Shown here piece by piece: positions 9,958-20,715 of a DNA stretch of 64,000 nt. The first letter of the stretch is position 1. Every line of letters starts with the position of its first letter. Both the position numbers and the translations under genes were made by a program. This DNA is from Candidatus Krumholzibacteriia bacterium (lineage in GTDB: Bacteria > Krumholzibacteriota > Krumholzibacteriia > Krumholzibacteriales > Krumholzibacteriaceae): NCBI GenBank assembly GCA_963836185.1, contig CAWIIQ010000002.1:288001-352000 (forward strand), read 5' to 3'. Below the pieces are notes generated by a model, which worked only from the letters and a program-made list of their open reading frames with translations, made no database searches and was not told the origin of the DNA.

Positions 9958-10779
9958 ATGGACCCCCTTTCCATCGGAGATGTTCACTGGGAGCCTCAGC
10001 GGATGCCGCTCCTGATCGCCGGGCCGTGCGTCCTCGAGGACGGGGACGAGGCGATGAGGATCGCGTCGGCCTGCGTCGAGCTGGCTGACGAATTCGATTT
10101 CATCTACGTATTCAAGTCGAGCTACCTCAAGGACAACAGGTCCTCGGTCGATTCATATTCGGGCCCCGGCCTCGAGAAGGGGCTCGCGATGCTCGAGCGG
10201 ATAAAGAACGAGACCGGAGTCCCGGTCCTGACCGATGTTCACTCGCGCGATGAGGTCGGCCCGGCCGCGGAGGTCTGCGATATCCTCCAGATCCCCGCCT
10301 TCCTCTCACGCCAGACGAGCCTCATACTGGCCGCGGCCGGAACGGGCAAGGTCGTCAACATCAAGAAGGGCCAGTTCCTCTCACCGGAGAATATGCATAA
10401 CGCCGTCGAGAAGGCGAGAGCCGGCGGAGCCGCGGGGATCATGATCACCGAGCGGGGGACCTCGTTCGGGTACAACAACCTCATCGTCGACATGACGGCC
10501 TTTCCGAGGATGAGAACGTCAGGCGTACCGGTCATATTCGACGCGACGCACTCGCTGCAGCTTCCCGGCGGTCTCGGCGACCGGTCGGGCGGCAGGCCGC
10601 AGTTCGCCGCGGCGCTCGCGCGTGCCGCGATGGCCGCCGGAGCGGACGGACTTTTCATAGAGACACACCCCGAACCGCTCTCCTGCAGCTGCGACGCCGA
10701 GGTGATGCTGCCGCTGGCCGAGCTTGAGGGGCTGCTTCGGGACGCGTCGAGGATATTCCACGGGAACAGAGATGGCTGA
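9958..10779 (+). CDS. kdsA: KDO8P synthase, metal-dependent type
   Basis: AGPCVLE, QIPAFL, NIKKGQF, ERGTSFGYNNL, DATHS, ETHP. Confidence 0.95.
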   Translation: MDPLSIGDVHWEPQRMPLLIAGPCVLEDGDEAMRIASACVELADEFDFIYVFKSSYLKDNRSSVDSYSGPGLEKGLAMLERIKNETGVPVLTDVHSRDEVGPAAEVCDILQIPAFLSRQTSLILAAAGTGKVVNIKKGQFLSPENMHNAVEKARAGGAAGIMITERGTSFGYNNLIVDMTAFPRMRTSGVPVIFDATHSLQLPGGLGDRSGGRPQFAAALARAAMAAGADGLFIETHPEPLSCSCDAEVMLPLAELEGLLRDASRIFHGNRDG

Positions 10780-11811
10780 GAAGACAGGATCTGAATAAGG
10801 ACTGTGCCGCGGCGGGATCTCCCGGGGAGACCCGGCGAAGGGATGCTCTGGACCTCGGCCGCGAAGTGATCGCGCTCGAGATCGAGGGCCTCGAAGAGCT
10901 GCACCGCTCGATCGGCCCGCAGTTCGCCGAGGCGGTCGAGCTGATCCTCGGACTGCGGCGGCAAGGTCATCGTCTGCGGCATCGGCAAGTCGGGGATAGT
11001 CGCGCGCAAGATCGCGGCGACGCTGAGCAGCACAGGCACACCATCGGTATTTCTCCACTCGGTCGAGGCGGCGCACGGCGACATGGGAATGGTCGCGAAG
11101 GACGATATCTTTCTCGCCGTCAGCAAGAGCGGGGGAGACGACGAGTTCTCCAAGCTCCTGCCCTACCTGCAGGCTATCGGCGTGAAGATGATCGCCATTA
11201 CCGGCAATTCCGGATCGAGACTGGCCGAGGAGAGCGATGTCGTCCTCATCATACCGGCCGGCAGGGAAGCCTGCCCGATGGATGTCGTCCCTACTACGAG
11301 CACGACGATGTCACTCGCGCTCGGCGACGCCCTCGCGGTGGCCGCGTTCAGAAAGAGGAATTTCGGCAAGGAAGATTTCGCCCGCCTGCACCCGAGCGGC
11401 GTGCTGGGCAGGCGCCTGACACTGACCGTCGGCGAGATCATGAAGAAGGGGGAAGAGGTCCCCATCGTCAGGCTCGAGACCTCGCTGAGCGATGCCCTGA
11501 TGGAGATAGTCGACAAGCACGTCGGCTGCACCGCCGTTGTGGACAATGACGGAAAGCTCGAGGGGATCATCACCGACGGTGATCTCAAGAGGATATTGAT
11601 AAAGAATCCCGACGCGCTCGGGCTTCCTGTATCGGGACTTATGACGAAATCTCCGCTCACTGTCGGCGCCGGGGTTCTCGCAGTAGAGGCGCTCGATCAG
11701 ATGGAGATGAATCCGAAGGGCCCGGTCACCCATTTCTTCGTCGTCGACGAAGAGGGGAAGCTCGAGGGACTGCTCCACATCCACGACATCCTGCGCGCCG
11801 GGCTGAAGTAG
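10772..11811 (+). CDS. kdsD: arabinose-5-phosphate isomerase KdsD/GutQ (SIS+CBS; frameshifts near 10795 and 10950)
   Basis: GIGKSG, AATLSSTGTP, EAAHGDMG, PTTST, HPSGVLG, CBS pair. Confidence 0.92.
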
Positions 11812-11847
11812 AAAGCTACAGGGACCCCGCCCCGAACATTGGAAGAT

Positions 11848-14800
11848 ATGTCCGGTTCTATCTTCAGGATCTGGTCGATAGCTCGCTGTGAGGCGAAAGT
11901 CATCATGCGCGGATGGGCTTTCCGTATCGCGCTGCTGCTCAACCTGGGCGTTTACATCACGGCGTATGTCTTCACCCGCGTGAGCATGTTCGGCTTCCCA
12001 TATTTCAAACCCGGAGTCCTCGAGATTCCCTCATCGTATCCGTACATCGGGATACTCTATTCAAACATCATCCTCGCGGTCGCTGGATCGCTGGTCGCCG
12101 CCGACCTGATCGACCGGGAGAAAAGTCTCGATTCGAACGAGGCGGTCTTCTCGAGAAGATTCTCGATGCTGGAGTACCTGGCGGGGAAAGGCGCGGCCCT
12201 CTTTTTCATCTTCCTCGTCCATATAGTCGCGGTCCTCGCCGTCACACTTGTCTACAACCTCGTATTCATCGGTTCAGGGGTTTCCTGGAATGCGTATCTG
12301 CTATATCCCTTTCTGATCTGCCTGCCGACATTCGTCTTCTTTACCGGAACCGCGATGTTTCTTCAATCGATCACCGGGAACAGGGCGCTGACACTCACCG
12401 CCCTGGTCGGACTGCTGGCGGTACTTGTCGTGCTCGCTCCGGGCAGGCTCTACTACACCTTCGATGCCGCCGCTTTCGGCTTGCCGGTGCTTCTTTCGGA
12501 GTATACGGGGCTGTCGGCGCCGCTCCTGACCGCCGCCCAGAGGGCGTCGTTCCTGCTGGCTGGGCTGGCGATGACAGCAGCCGCCGTACTCCTTCTCGGC
12601 AGGCCGAGGCAATCGAGATCTTCGTCATCGATCCTGGCCGCTTCGGTACCCGTTCTCGCCGCGGCCTCTATAGTATTGACATCGGGTTATCTCAGGTACC
12701 ACACGGATGGATCGGCGATGAGGGCCGATATGATGGCAGCCGCCGAAAGGCTTCGGGCCGAGCCGGTCGCCACACCGGTATCTTTCGATATACAACTTGA
12801 ACATGATGGAAGGGATCTGGAGATCATCACGGCGGTCGTGATCCGTAACGATACGGCCGGTCCATTGAATAGTTATCTGTTCAACCTCAACCCGGGACTT
12901 AAGGTCGATTCGGTCGTCGCTGAGGGATCAGGGCTGAGGTTCACAAGGGATATGCAGGTCCTCGAGATATATCCTCAGCGGGCCCTGCAGCCGGAAGGGC
13001 ATGATACGGTCACCGTCGCCTGCTCGGGGACGATCGATGACCGGGCCTGTTTCCCTGACGCTGACGAGGATGAGAGATGGAGAGGTTTCAGCTATATCGA
13101 TGACTCCATGTTTGACCGTAACCCCGACTTCTTCTACAGGCATTCACGGTTCAAGTTCAGGAAGCAGTTTTCCTGGGCGCAGGACGATCAACTCCTCCTG
13201 CCTCCGTACACGATGTGGTATCCGGCGCCGGGCCTGGTTCGCGGCTCGCAGGATCCAGGCCTCGAGTACCGGTTTTTCGCCGTACACAAGCTTTCTGTCC
13301 GGACTCGGGAGGGGCTGATGGCGGTAGCGCAGGGCTCGGGTACGAGGACCGCTCCGGGACTTTTCGAATTTCTGCCCGGGGAGCCCCTTCCGGGAATGAC
13401 TCTTACGGCCGGCAGATACTCGAACAGATCGGCCGAAGTCGATTCTGTGACATACTCGCTCTCGACCCTCTGCCCTGATGACTATTTTATGCCCTTTTTC
13501 ATCAGCGTGGCTGATACGATCCCGTCCCTGATAAGGGAGCTCAGGGAGTGGGCCGACTCGGAGACAGGGCTGGAATATCCCTTCGCGCGGCTGGCGATTG
13601 TGGAGGCGCCGGCGAATCTCTACTGTTTCGCGCGTCCCCTGGTGACCAATGGAAAGGATTATTCGCAGCCCGGGATAATCATGGCGCCCGAGAGAGGGTT
13701 CGACTGGTCCATGGGATTTCTGTATTACATGTATGATTCCCGCTTCCGCGGCACGTTCAGTTGGAGCTCAGAGGATCCGAGGACAAGGAAATCCAGGTCA
13801 TTTGTAAACACCCTCAGAAACTCGATCCTCGATGCCGGACAGTATATACCGGTCAGCTCGTACTATTCCGGGATCTTTCATATCGGGTCGACGGGGAGGT
13901 CCGCCCTCGATCACGCCGTCGAGTCACACTTCGCCGGCAGGCTCGACTACTGGCTTGATATCGACAAGAAGTACGAGCCGGGAACGGGGGGCTCGCCAGG
14001 GCTATCGTGGCTCTCGACGGTACAAACCTTCCCGATCTTCTCGCTGACAGGTCAAGGCGTGATGCCGCTCTCAATGCCCTGCCGCTCAAGGGAAAGCAGT
14101 TGATCATAGAGATGCAGGGGCTCGCCGGAGAGAGAGAGGTCGATGATTTTCTCTCCGGACTGATATCCTGCAACCGCGGACATATCCTGCCGGAAGAGGA
14201 GTTCCTCTCCGCATTCGAGGAAAGGACCGGGGCCGATATCCGTCCTGTTGTAGAGCGATGGTACAACTGCAGAGACCTGCCGGGATTCATCATCGAGGAT
14301 GTCGAGTGGTATGCGGTCGACGACGGCGGGAAGGAGAAGTTCCAGTTCAGGATGAAGGTGTACAACCGCGAGCAGTGCCACGGGATGATCCGCGTGATCT
14401 ACAGTTTCGTCAGGAAGAAGGGAAAGGCGCCGAAGCCCGACAGGGGAGCGGGCAAGTACGTTAGGACCTTCCTCTTCGGGCCGGGAGAAGGGAAAGAGAT
14501 CGGCATTGTGACGCCGGCCGAGCCGAGAACGGTATATGTCAACACCCTCATATCGAAGAACCTTCCGCCGGTCAGGGAGTACCGTACGAGAGGGTTCGAG
14601 GGCCGCAAGAGCGAGAAGCCGTTCGACGGATCCAGGACGATCGACAGCCCGGAGGCCGATGAGCCGGAGGCTGCGCTGCTCGTTGATAACACTGATCCGG
14701 GATTCGAGATCGTGATCGATCCCGAGGTCCCGTTTGTAAAGAGGATCCTCGGCATGGGCATGGATCGCGAGGATAAATATCCGTACAGGAAATTCCTGCC

Positions 14801-15206
14801 GAAAGAGCCTCCCGTCGTCTGGCGCGAGACGGTCCTGGAGCTCTGCTACGGACGGTATGTCAAATCCGGGCATTTTATCGCCGCCGGAACAGGGACCGGC
14901 GGGGTGCGGTGGACGGTGGATATTCCCGAGAGCGGCACGTACGAGGTCTATCATCATATGGTCGACACCTGGCACAGCATGAAGCCCAAACACAGAAAAA
15001 ATGCCTCGGTCCAGGAGTATCATTTCTCGATCTCTCACGATGAAGGCGTCGATGACCAGATCCTCGTGATGCATCAGTGTCCCCTCGGATGGAACCTCCT
15101 CGGGACGTACTACTTCTCGAAGGGCAGGGCAACCGTGGAACTGACCGACGAGTCGCCGAAGTGGTTCATCATGGCCGATGCCGTAAAATGGGTTAAGAAA
15201 GATTGA
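11848..15206 (+). CDS. ~1100 aa membrane protein: ABC-2 permease-like N-terminus, M1-aminopeptidase-like region without HExxH, golvesin/CBM-like C-terminus (frameshift near 13990)
   Basis: Multiple TM helices in the first ~290 aa; YPFARLAIVEAP; C-terminal LVDNTDPGF..WTVDIPESGTYEVY..GWNLLGTYYF..ADAVKWVK; two ORFs join at a G-run. Confidence 0.7.
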
Positions 15207-15259
15207 TCGCCGCCCTGGATCCCTCCGTAACTTCCTGAAATATCATGCCTTGAATAGTA

Positions 15260-15275
15260 TGGCACATTTGTTGCT
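15260..15275 (+). promoter_or_regulatory. sigma54 (-24/-12) binding site
   Basis: TGGCAC-ATTTG-TTGCT matches the consensus with GG-N10-GC spacing. Confidence 0.75.
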
Positions 15276-15391
15276 TGAATACGTTGAAGGCCTGTGTTAT
15301 ACCTTGAAAAGTGGTAAGTTATTTACCTTGTTTTTCAACATGTTACGTGAGATGACACGTTTCGTTACGGTAGAACGCAGGAGGACACAGG

Positions 15392-16357
15392 TTGTCCAGC
15401 AGCCCGCGGAAAAAAATAAAAAAAACGGTCAAACGGCTCGGCGAGACTATTCTCGTCAAAACGCTCGTTCTACTGGCCGTAACACTGCCGCGACGCGCTG
15501 GTCTCTCACTGTTTACATTTTTCGGTACGTTTTCGTACAGGTGCTACAAGAAGGACCGTGTGCGTGCTCATGAGAATATCGCGCTCGCCTTCCCCGGCAC
15601 GCCGGCTGTCGTCGTCAAGGCGATCGCCGCGGGGGTGTTCAAGTCGCTCGGCAGGAACGGGCTCGACTCCCTCAGGCTGACGCGCCAGACGAAGCAGCAG
15701 GTACTCGAATCGTGCCTCGTCACCGGAGAGGAGAATCTCCGCAGGGCGCTTTCCCGCGGGAAGGGAGTGCTGGCGATCACCGGGCACATCGGGGCCTGGG
15801 AACTGCTCGGCGCCTATCTCTCCGAGAAGGGGTACAGCCTGAGCGTGATAGCGAAGAGGCTCAGCAACGGGGCGCTGAACCAGATGCTCCTCGATCTGAG
15901 ACGAAAGCACGGCGTAGAGTCTCATCACCGCGGCAACACGGCGATCGCCGGGTACCGCACCCTGAAGAGGGGGGAGATCCTCGGGATGCTCATAGACCAG
16001 AACATAAACACCGACGGGGTCATGGCGCCCTTCTTCGGCAGGCCGGCATGGACGCCGATCGGGCCGGCGGTATTCGCCCTGCGAAGCGGGGCGGCTGTCG
16101 TGCCGATGGCTATCCACATGCAGTCCGGGGGGACTCACCAGATAACGATCCTGCCCGAACTGGAGCATCCGCCCGAAGAGTTGACCAGTAGGGAGCGGCA
16201 GAAGATCTTCGTGAAGGACATGACCGCTTCGATCGAGCAGCTCGTCAGGCTCTACCCGCAGCAGTGGGTCTGGTTTCACGACAGGTGGCACGTGCGAAAG
16301 GAACGTCTGGAAAAATCCGGCGATTCGGGATATCTTGAGATGGACGGCACAGCATGA
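15392..16357 (+). CDS. lipid A late acyltransferase, LpxL/HtrB family (TTG start)
   Basis: GHIGAWE, LIDQ, PFFGRPA, PQQWVWFHDRW. Confidence 0.9.
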   Translation: MSSSPRKKIKKTVKRLGETILVKTLVLLAVTLPRRAGLSLFTFFGTFSYRCYKKDRVRAHENIALAFPGTPAVVVKAIAAGVFKSLGRNGLDSLRLTRQTKQQVLESCLVTGEENLRRALSRGKGVLAITGHIGAWELLGAYLSEKGYSLSVIAKRLSNGALNQMLLDLRRKHGVESHHRGNTAIAGYRTLKRGEILGMLIDQNINTDGVMAPFFGRPAWTPIGPAVFALRSGAAVVPMAIHMQSGGTHQITILPELEHPPEELTSRERQKIFVKDMTASIEQLVRLYPQQWVWFHDRWHVRKERLEKSGDSGYLEMDGTA

Positions 16358-17013
16358 ACGTGCCGGACGTTGAGGTGTATAAGAAGACAGGACGGATGAA
16401 TACAGGGATGAAGACGAAGAGAGGGATGGCAGCGACACTGTTTATCTGCGCGGCGATAGCCGCCGCGGCCGTCTCGTGCGGCCAGGGCGACCGGCCCCAG
16501 CGCTCGCTCGGAACGACGGAGATGGCCGATCAGGAGTTCTCCGACTTCACGACGATGGAGAGCGACTCGGGACAGGTGAAGTGGACCCTAGAGGCTCCAG
16601 TCGCGAGAGTATACAACATAAGAAAGCTGCTCGTGACCGACGATCCAAAGATCACATTCTACGACGAGAACGGCGAGATATCCTCGATACTCACTGCCGA
16701 CAAGGGCGAATACAACCAGGAGACACACGACCTGACTGCTCTCGGGAACGTCGTCGTCACGACGATGGAGGGGTACACCCTCGAGACGGAGAGCCTGATC
16801 ATGATCCGTGAGCTCGGGGAGATACATTCGGAGGATTTCGTCAAGGTCACCAGGGGAAACGACATCCTGACGGGATACGGATTCCAGGGATATCCTGAGC
16901 TGAAGAATGTGGACATAAAGCGCGATGTAAGGGCCTTCCTGCGCGACGAGGATGGACTTATAGACGGGGAAGTAAAGAAGGAAAAAGAAGGAAAGGGAAG
17001 CGGGGATGAGTGA
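16354..17013 (+). CDS. lptC: LPS export protein LptC (true start probably 16397-16427; lipobox-like)
   Basis: Directly before lptB; beta-jellyroll-like pattern [20 protein letters not shown]; AAAVS-C-G. Confidence 0.82.
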   Translation: MNVPDVEVYKKTGRMNTGMKTKRGMAATLFICAAIAAAAVSCGQGDRPQRSLGTTEMADQEFSDFTTMESDSGQVKWTLEAPVARVYNIRKLLVTDDPKITFYDENGEISSILTADKGEYNQETHDLTALGNVVVTTMEGYTLETESLIMIRELGEIHSEDFVKVTRGNDILTGYGFQGYPELKNVDIKRDVRAFLRDEDGLIDGEVKKEKEGKGSGDE

Positions 17014-17737
17014 AGGCAGGGGACTCGGCTGTGACGGCCTGGTAAAGGTCTACGGCAAGAGACGGGTCGTAAATGATGTCTCGATCAACGTCAAGCGTGG
17101 AGAGGTCGTAGGGCTTCTCGGCCCTAACGGCGCCGGCAAAACGACGAGCTTCTACATGATCACCGGGATGATCAAGCCCGACGACGGGATGATCTATCTC
17201 GACGGCCATGATATAACGAACCTGCCGATGTACCGCAGGGCCCGCAAGGGGATAGGCTACCTTCCGCAGGAGGCGTCGATCTTCAGGAAGCTCACCGTCG
17301 AGGACAATCTCAAGGCGATCCTCGAGACGCTGAAGATATCGAAGGCGGAGAGGAAGGAGCGCCTCGAGAGCCTCCTGAGGGAGCTCAACGTCGAGCACCT
17401 GCGTAAAAGTTACGGCTATCAGCTCTCCGGCGGGGAGCGGCGCAGGGTCGAGGTGACGCGTTCGCTCGTCACGGAGCCCTCGTTCATGCTTCTCGACGAA
17501 CCGTTCGCCGGCATAGATCCGATCGCCGTTGCCGATCTGCAGGGGATAGTCACCAAGCTCCGCGAGAGGGGACTCGGCGTACTTATCACCGATCATAATG
17601 TCCGGGAGACGTTGTCAATAACCGACAGGGCGTATATCATGTATGAGGGAAGCATAAAGCGCTCTGGAACCGCGGATGATCTGGCCTCCGACCCCGAGGT
17701 GAGGGAAATATACCTCGGCGAGGCTTTTCGTCTGTAA
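17006..17737 (+). CDS. lptB: LPS export ABC ATPase
   Basis: [54 protein letters not shown]. Confidence 0.97.
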   Translation: MSEGRGLGCDGLVKVYGKRRVVNDVSINVKRGEVVGLLGPNGAGKTTSFYMITGMIKPDDGMIYLDGHDITNLPMYRRARKGIGYLPQEASIFRKLTVEDNLKAILETLKISKAERKERLESLLRELNVEHLRKSYGYQLSGGERRRVEVTRSLVTEPSFMLLDEPFAGIDPIAVADLQGIVTKLRERGLGVLITDHNVRETLSITDRAYIMYEGSIKRSGTADDLASDPEVREIYLGEAFRL

Positions 17738-17753
17738 GCGAGGACGTATATAG

Positions 17754-19179
17754 ATGGAAATGAAGATGGGGCAACGCCTGGGATTATCAGCAGCGGCTGG
17801 TGATGACACCGCGGCTGCAGCAGGCCCTGAAACTGCTTCAGATGCCGACCCAGGAGCTGCAACAGGTCCTCAGGCAGGAGATACTTCAGAATCCGCTGCT
17901 CGAGGAAGTCGACGAAGTCGAGGATATCAGGGAAGACGAAGCGACCGTGGAGGAGGAAGAGGAGGCAGCCAACAAGAAGGAAGAGACAGCCGCTGAAAAG
18001 GATAACCAGGAGGACTGGGACGACTACTTCGAGACAGCCTTCGGTATGGGAGGGACCCAGGCGGAGATCGAGGAGCGGGAGGATTTCCACGAGAGGGTTC
18101 CCATCGCGCAGCCCAGCTTTTCCGAATTTCTCATGAGCCAGCTCAGGCTTGTGACGAAGGACGAGAAGGACCTCGAGATAGGCGAATATATCATCGGCAA
18201 TCTCGACGACTCGGGATATCTCGTGTGTTCTCTCGAAGATATCATGCGTACATGCGGTACGACGATGGAGAAGGTCGAGGAAGTCCTGAAGATCATCCAG
18301 ACTTTCGAACCTTCCGGGATAGGCGCCCGCGACCTGCGGGAAAGCCTTCTCATCCAGCTGGAGGCAAAGGACCAGTCGGACTCGATGGCCGCCAGGATCG
18401 TCGCCGATCATTTTGAGGAGTTCAAACAGAAGAAGTACCTCGACATCAGCAAGAAGCTGAAGATATCGCTCAAGGAGGTACAGGCACAGGCTGCCGTGAT
18501 CGGAAGCCTGGACCCGAAGCCGGGCCTGGATATAATCTCCGAGGGGCCGAAGTACGTCATCCCCGATCTCATCGTCGAGCGAGTCGGCGACAAGTTCATC
18601 ATATTCCTTAACGACCGCAATGTCCCCAGGCTGAGGATAAGCCAGTCGTACAAGAGCGAGCTGCAGAACACCCACGAGATCAGCGACGAGACCAGGACCT
18701 TCATCCAGGGCCGCCTCAAGAACGCCAAGTGGCTGATCCAGACGATCGAGCAGCGCCGCCGTACGATGATCAAGGTCATGGAGAGCATCGTCGAGGCACA
18801 GAAGGATTTTTTCGAGAAGGGCGCCGGTTTCCTCAGGCCGCTGACGCTTCAGCAGGTGGCGGGGAAGATCGGAATGCACGAATCGACGGTAAGCAGGGTC
18901 ACTACGAACAAGTACGTACAGACGCCGCGAGGCGTCTTTGAGCTGAAATATTTCTTCAGCAGCGCGCTCAACACAGAATCGGGCGGTGAGGTCTCCGCGA
19001 AGAGCGCCAAGCTCAATATCAAGGAGATCATCTCGAAAGAAGATCCGAAGAAGCCGATGAGCGACCAGAAGATCGCCGATCTCCTCAAGAAGGACGGCCT
19101 GATCATAGCGCGGCGCACAGTCGCGAAGTACAGGGAGCAGCTGGGTATACTCCCGGCCAGGCACCGGAAAGAGTACTAG
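17754..19179 (+). CDS. rpoN: RNA polymerase sigma-54 factor (frameshift near 17785)
   Basis: MTPRLQQALKLLQ, HESTVSR, RpoN box ARRTVAKYR. Confidence 0.97.
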
Positions 19180-19211
19180 ATATTGAAAGCACTTAAGTTG
19201 ACAGGCGATAG

Positions 19212-20117
19212 ATGACATTGATAACGAGTAAACGCCGCGGCGAGAGGCTTCCCGCGTGGCTCAGGAGGAAGATTCCCCTCGCCACCGAGTCCTCGAGGAT
19301 CGAGGGAGCTGTCAGGCGGAGGGAACTCCATACGATCTGCAGGGAAGGTCTCTGCCCCAACAGGGCCGAGTGTTATTCGAGGGGCAAGGTCACCTTCATG
19401 ATGCTCGGGGATGTCTGTACCCGCGGATGCAGATTCTGCTCTGTCACGAAGGGCAGGCCCTCGGCGCCAGACAGCGGTGAGCCGGAGAGGATCGCCGCCG
19501 CTTCAAACGAGCTGAACCTCAAGCACGTGATTGTAACATCGGTCACAAGAGACGACCTGCCGGACGGCGGAGCCTTATGGTTCGTCGGGGTGATCGAAGC
19601 GCTTCGCGCTCTCGATCCGGCCCCCGTCGTCGAAGTGCTCGTCCCCGATTTCGGCGGCGACCTCGAAGCGCTCGACACGGTGCTCGATGCCGGACCGGAT
19701 ATTTTCTCACACAACATGGAAACAGTCAGAAGGCTTTATTCGGATGTAAGGAAGGGGGCCGATTATGACAGGTCCCTGTTCCTGCTCTCCGAGGCGAAGA
19801 AACGAAAGAGGGAGGTGCTCACGAAGTCGTCATTCATGCTCGGTCTGGGCGAGACGACAGAAGAGATCTACAGCGCGCTCGGTGACCTGAGGTCCGCCGG
19901 AGTGGATTTTACCGCTCTCGGACAGTACCTGCGTCCCGGGCTGGATCAGGTGCCGGTCGAACGGTACCTGCCCCCCGAGGAGTTCTCGGAAATCGGGAAC
20001 CGGGGGCGCGCGATGGGGTTTCTCGAGGTGACGGCGGGACCCCTGGTAAGAAGTTCATACCAGGAAAACCGCACAGGAGTTCGTCGCAGTAATTGCCGGA
20101 CGATGCCGGCTGGTTGA
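19212..20117 (+). CDS. lipA: lipoyl synthase
   Basis: CX4CX5C (CREGLCPNRAEC), CX3CX2C (CTRGCRFC), VRSSY. Confidence 0.95.
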   Translation: MTLITSKRRGERLPAWLRRKIPLATESSRIEGAVRRRELHTICREGLCPNRAECYSRGKVTFMMLGDVCTRGCRFCSVTKGRPSAPDSGEPERIAAASNELNLKHVIVTSVTRDDLPDGGALWFVGVIEALRALDPAPVVEVLVPDFGGDLEALDTVLDAGPDIFSHNMETVRRLYSDVRKGADYDRSLFLLSEAKKRKREVLTKSSFMLGLGETTEEIYSALGDLRSAGVDFTALGQYLRPGLDQVPVERYLPPEEFSEIGNRGRAMGFLEVTAGPLVRSSYQENRTGVRRSNCRTMPAG

Positions 20118-20134
20118 TGCGAGGAGGATGTGCA

Positions 20135-20683
20135 ATGATTATCACGACCACAGCCAGACATTTTGAAGCCAGTCCTGAACTCAACGAACATATCGAAGAA
20201 AGGGTCGGCAAGCTCAAGCGATATTTCGACCATATTCTCAAAGTCGACGTCATAATGGACGTCCAGAAATTCCGTCATATAGCCGAGGTGAATGTCCATG
20301 TGAATGGGCATGATTTCACGGCCAAGGAAGAATCCGAGGACATGTACGGCTCGATCGACCTTGTCACGAAGAGCCTCGAGCGTCAGGTAAAGAAGTTCAA
20401 GGAGAAGATGATCGACAATCATCATCACCCGAAGAAGAACGGCTTTAAGCCTGCTTCCGCCGAGAAGATCATAAAGGCGGAGAGTGTCGGCAGCGAGGGC
20501 GGGATCGACGTGCTCGAACAGGTATCGCACGAGATAACGCATCTCAACATCGAAGAGGCGATAATAGCGATGGTCGACCAGGAAAGAGATTTTCTCCTTT
20601 TCAATAACACTGAATCAGGTAAACTGAACTTCGTGTACAAGCGGTCCGACGGCCACTATGGGGTCCTCGACAGTCTGGACTGA
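20135..20683 (+). CDS. hpf: long-form ribosome hibernation promoting factor
   Basis: S30AE domain (TARH..DMYGSID) plus C-terminal domain VYKRSDGHYG; GAGGAGG RBS. Confidence 0.93.
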   Translation: MIITTTARHFEASPELNEHIEERVGKLKRYFDHILKVDVIMDVQKFRHIAEVNVHVNGHDFTAKEESEDMYGSIDLVTKSLERQVKKFKEKMIDNHHHPKKNGFKPASAEKIIKAESVGSEGGIDVLEQVSHEITHLNIEEAIIAMVDQERDFLLFNNTESGKLNFVYKRSDGHYGVLDSLD

Positions 20684-20715
20684 CGTCGCCGCGATTCTCG
20701 ATACGGAGGAAGCCA

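Noticed and set aside
10814-10833. Second copy of the TCTCCCCGGGGAGA palindrome seen near 32977
   Set aside because: Short, imperfect and inside the kdsD coding start; probably chance in GC-rich DNA
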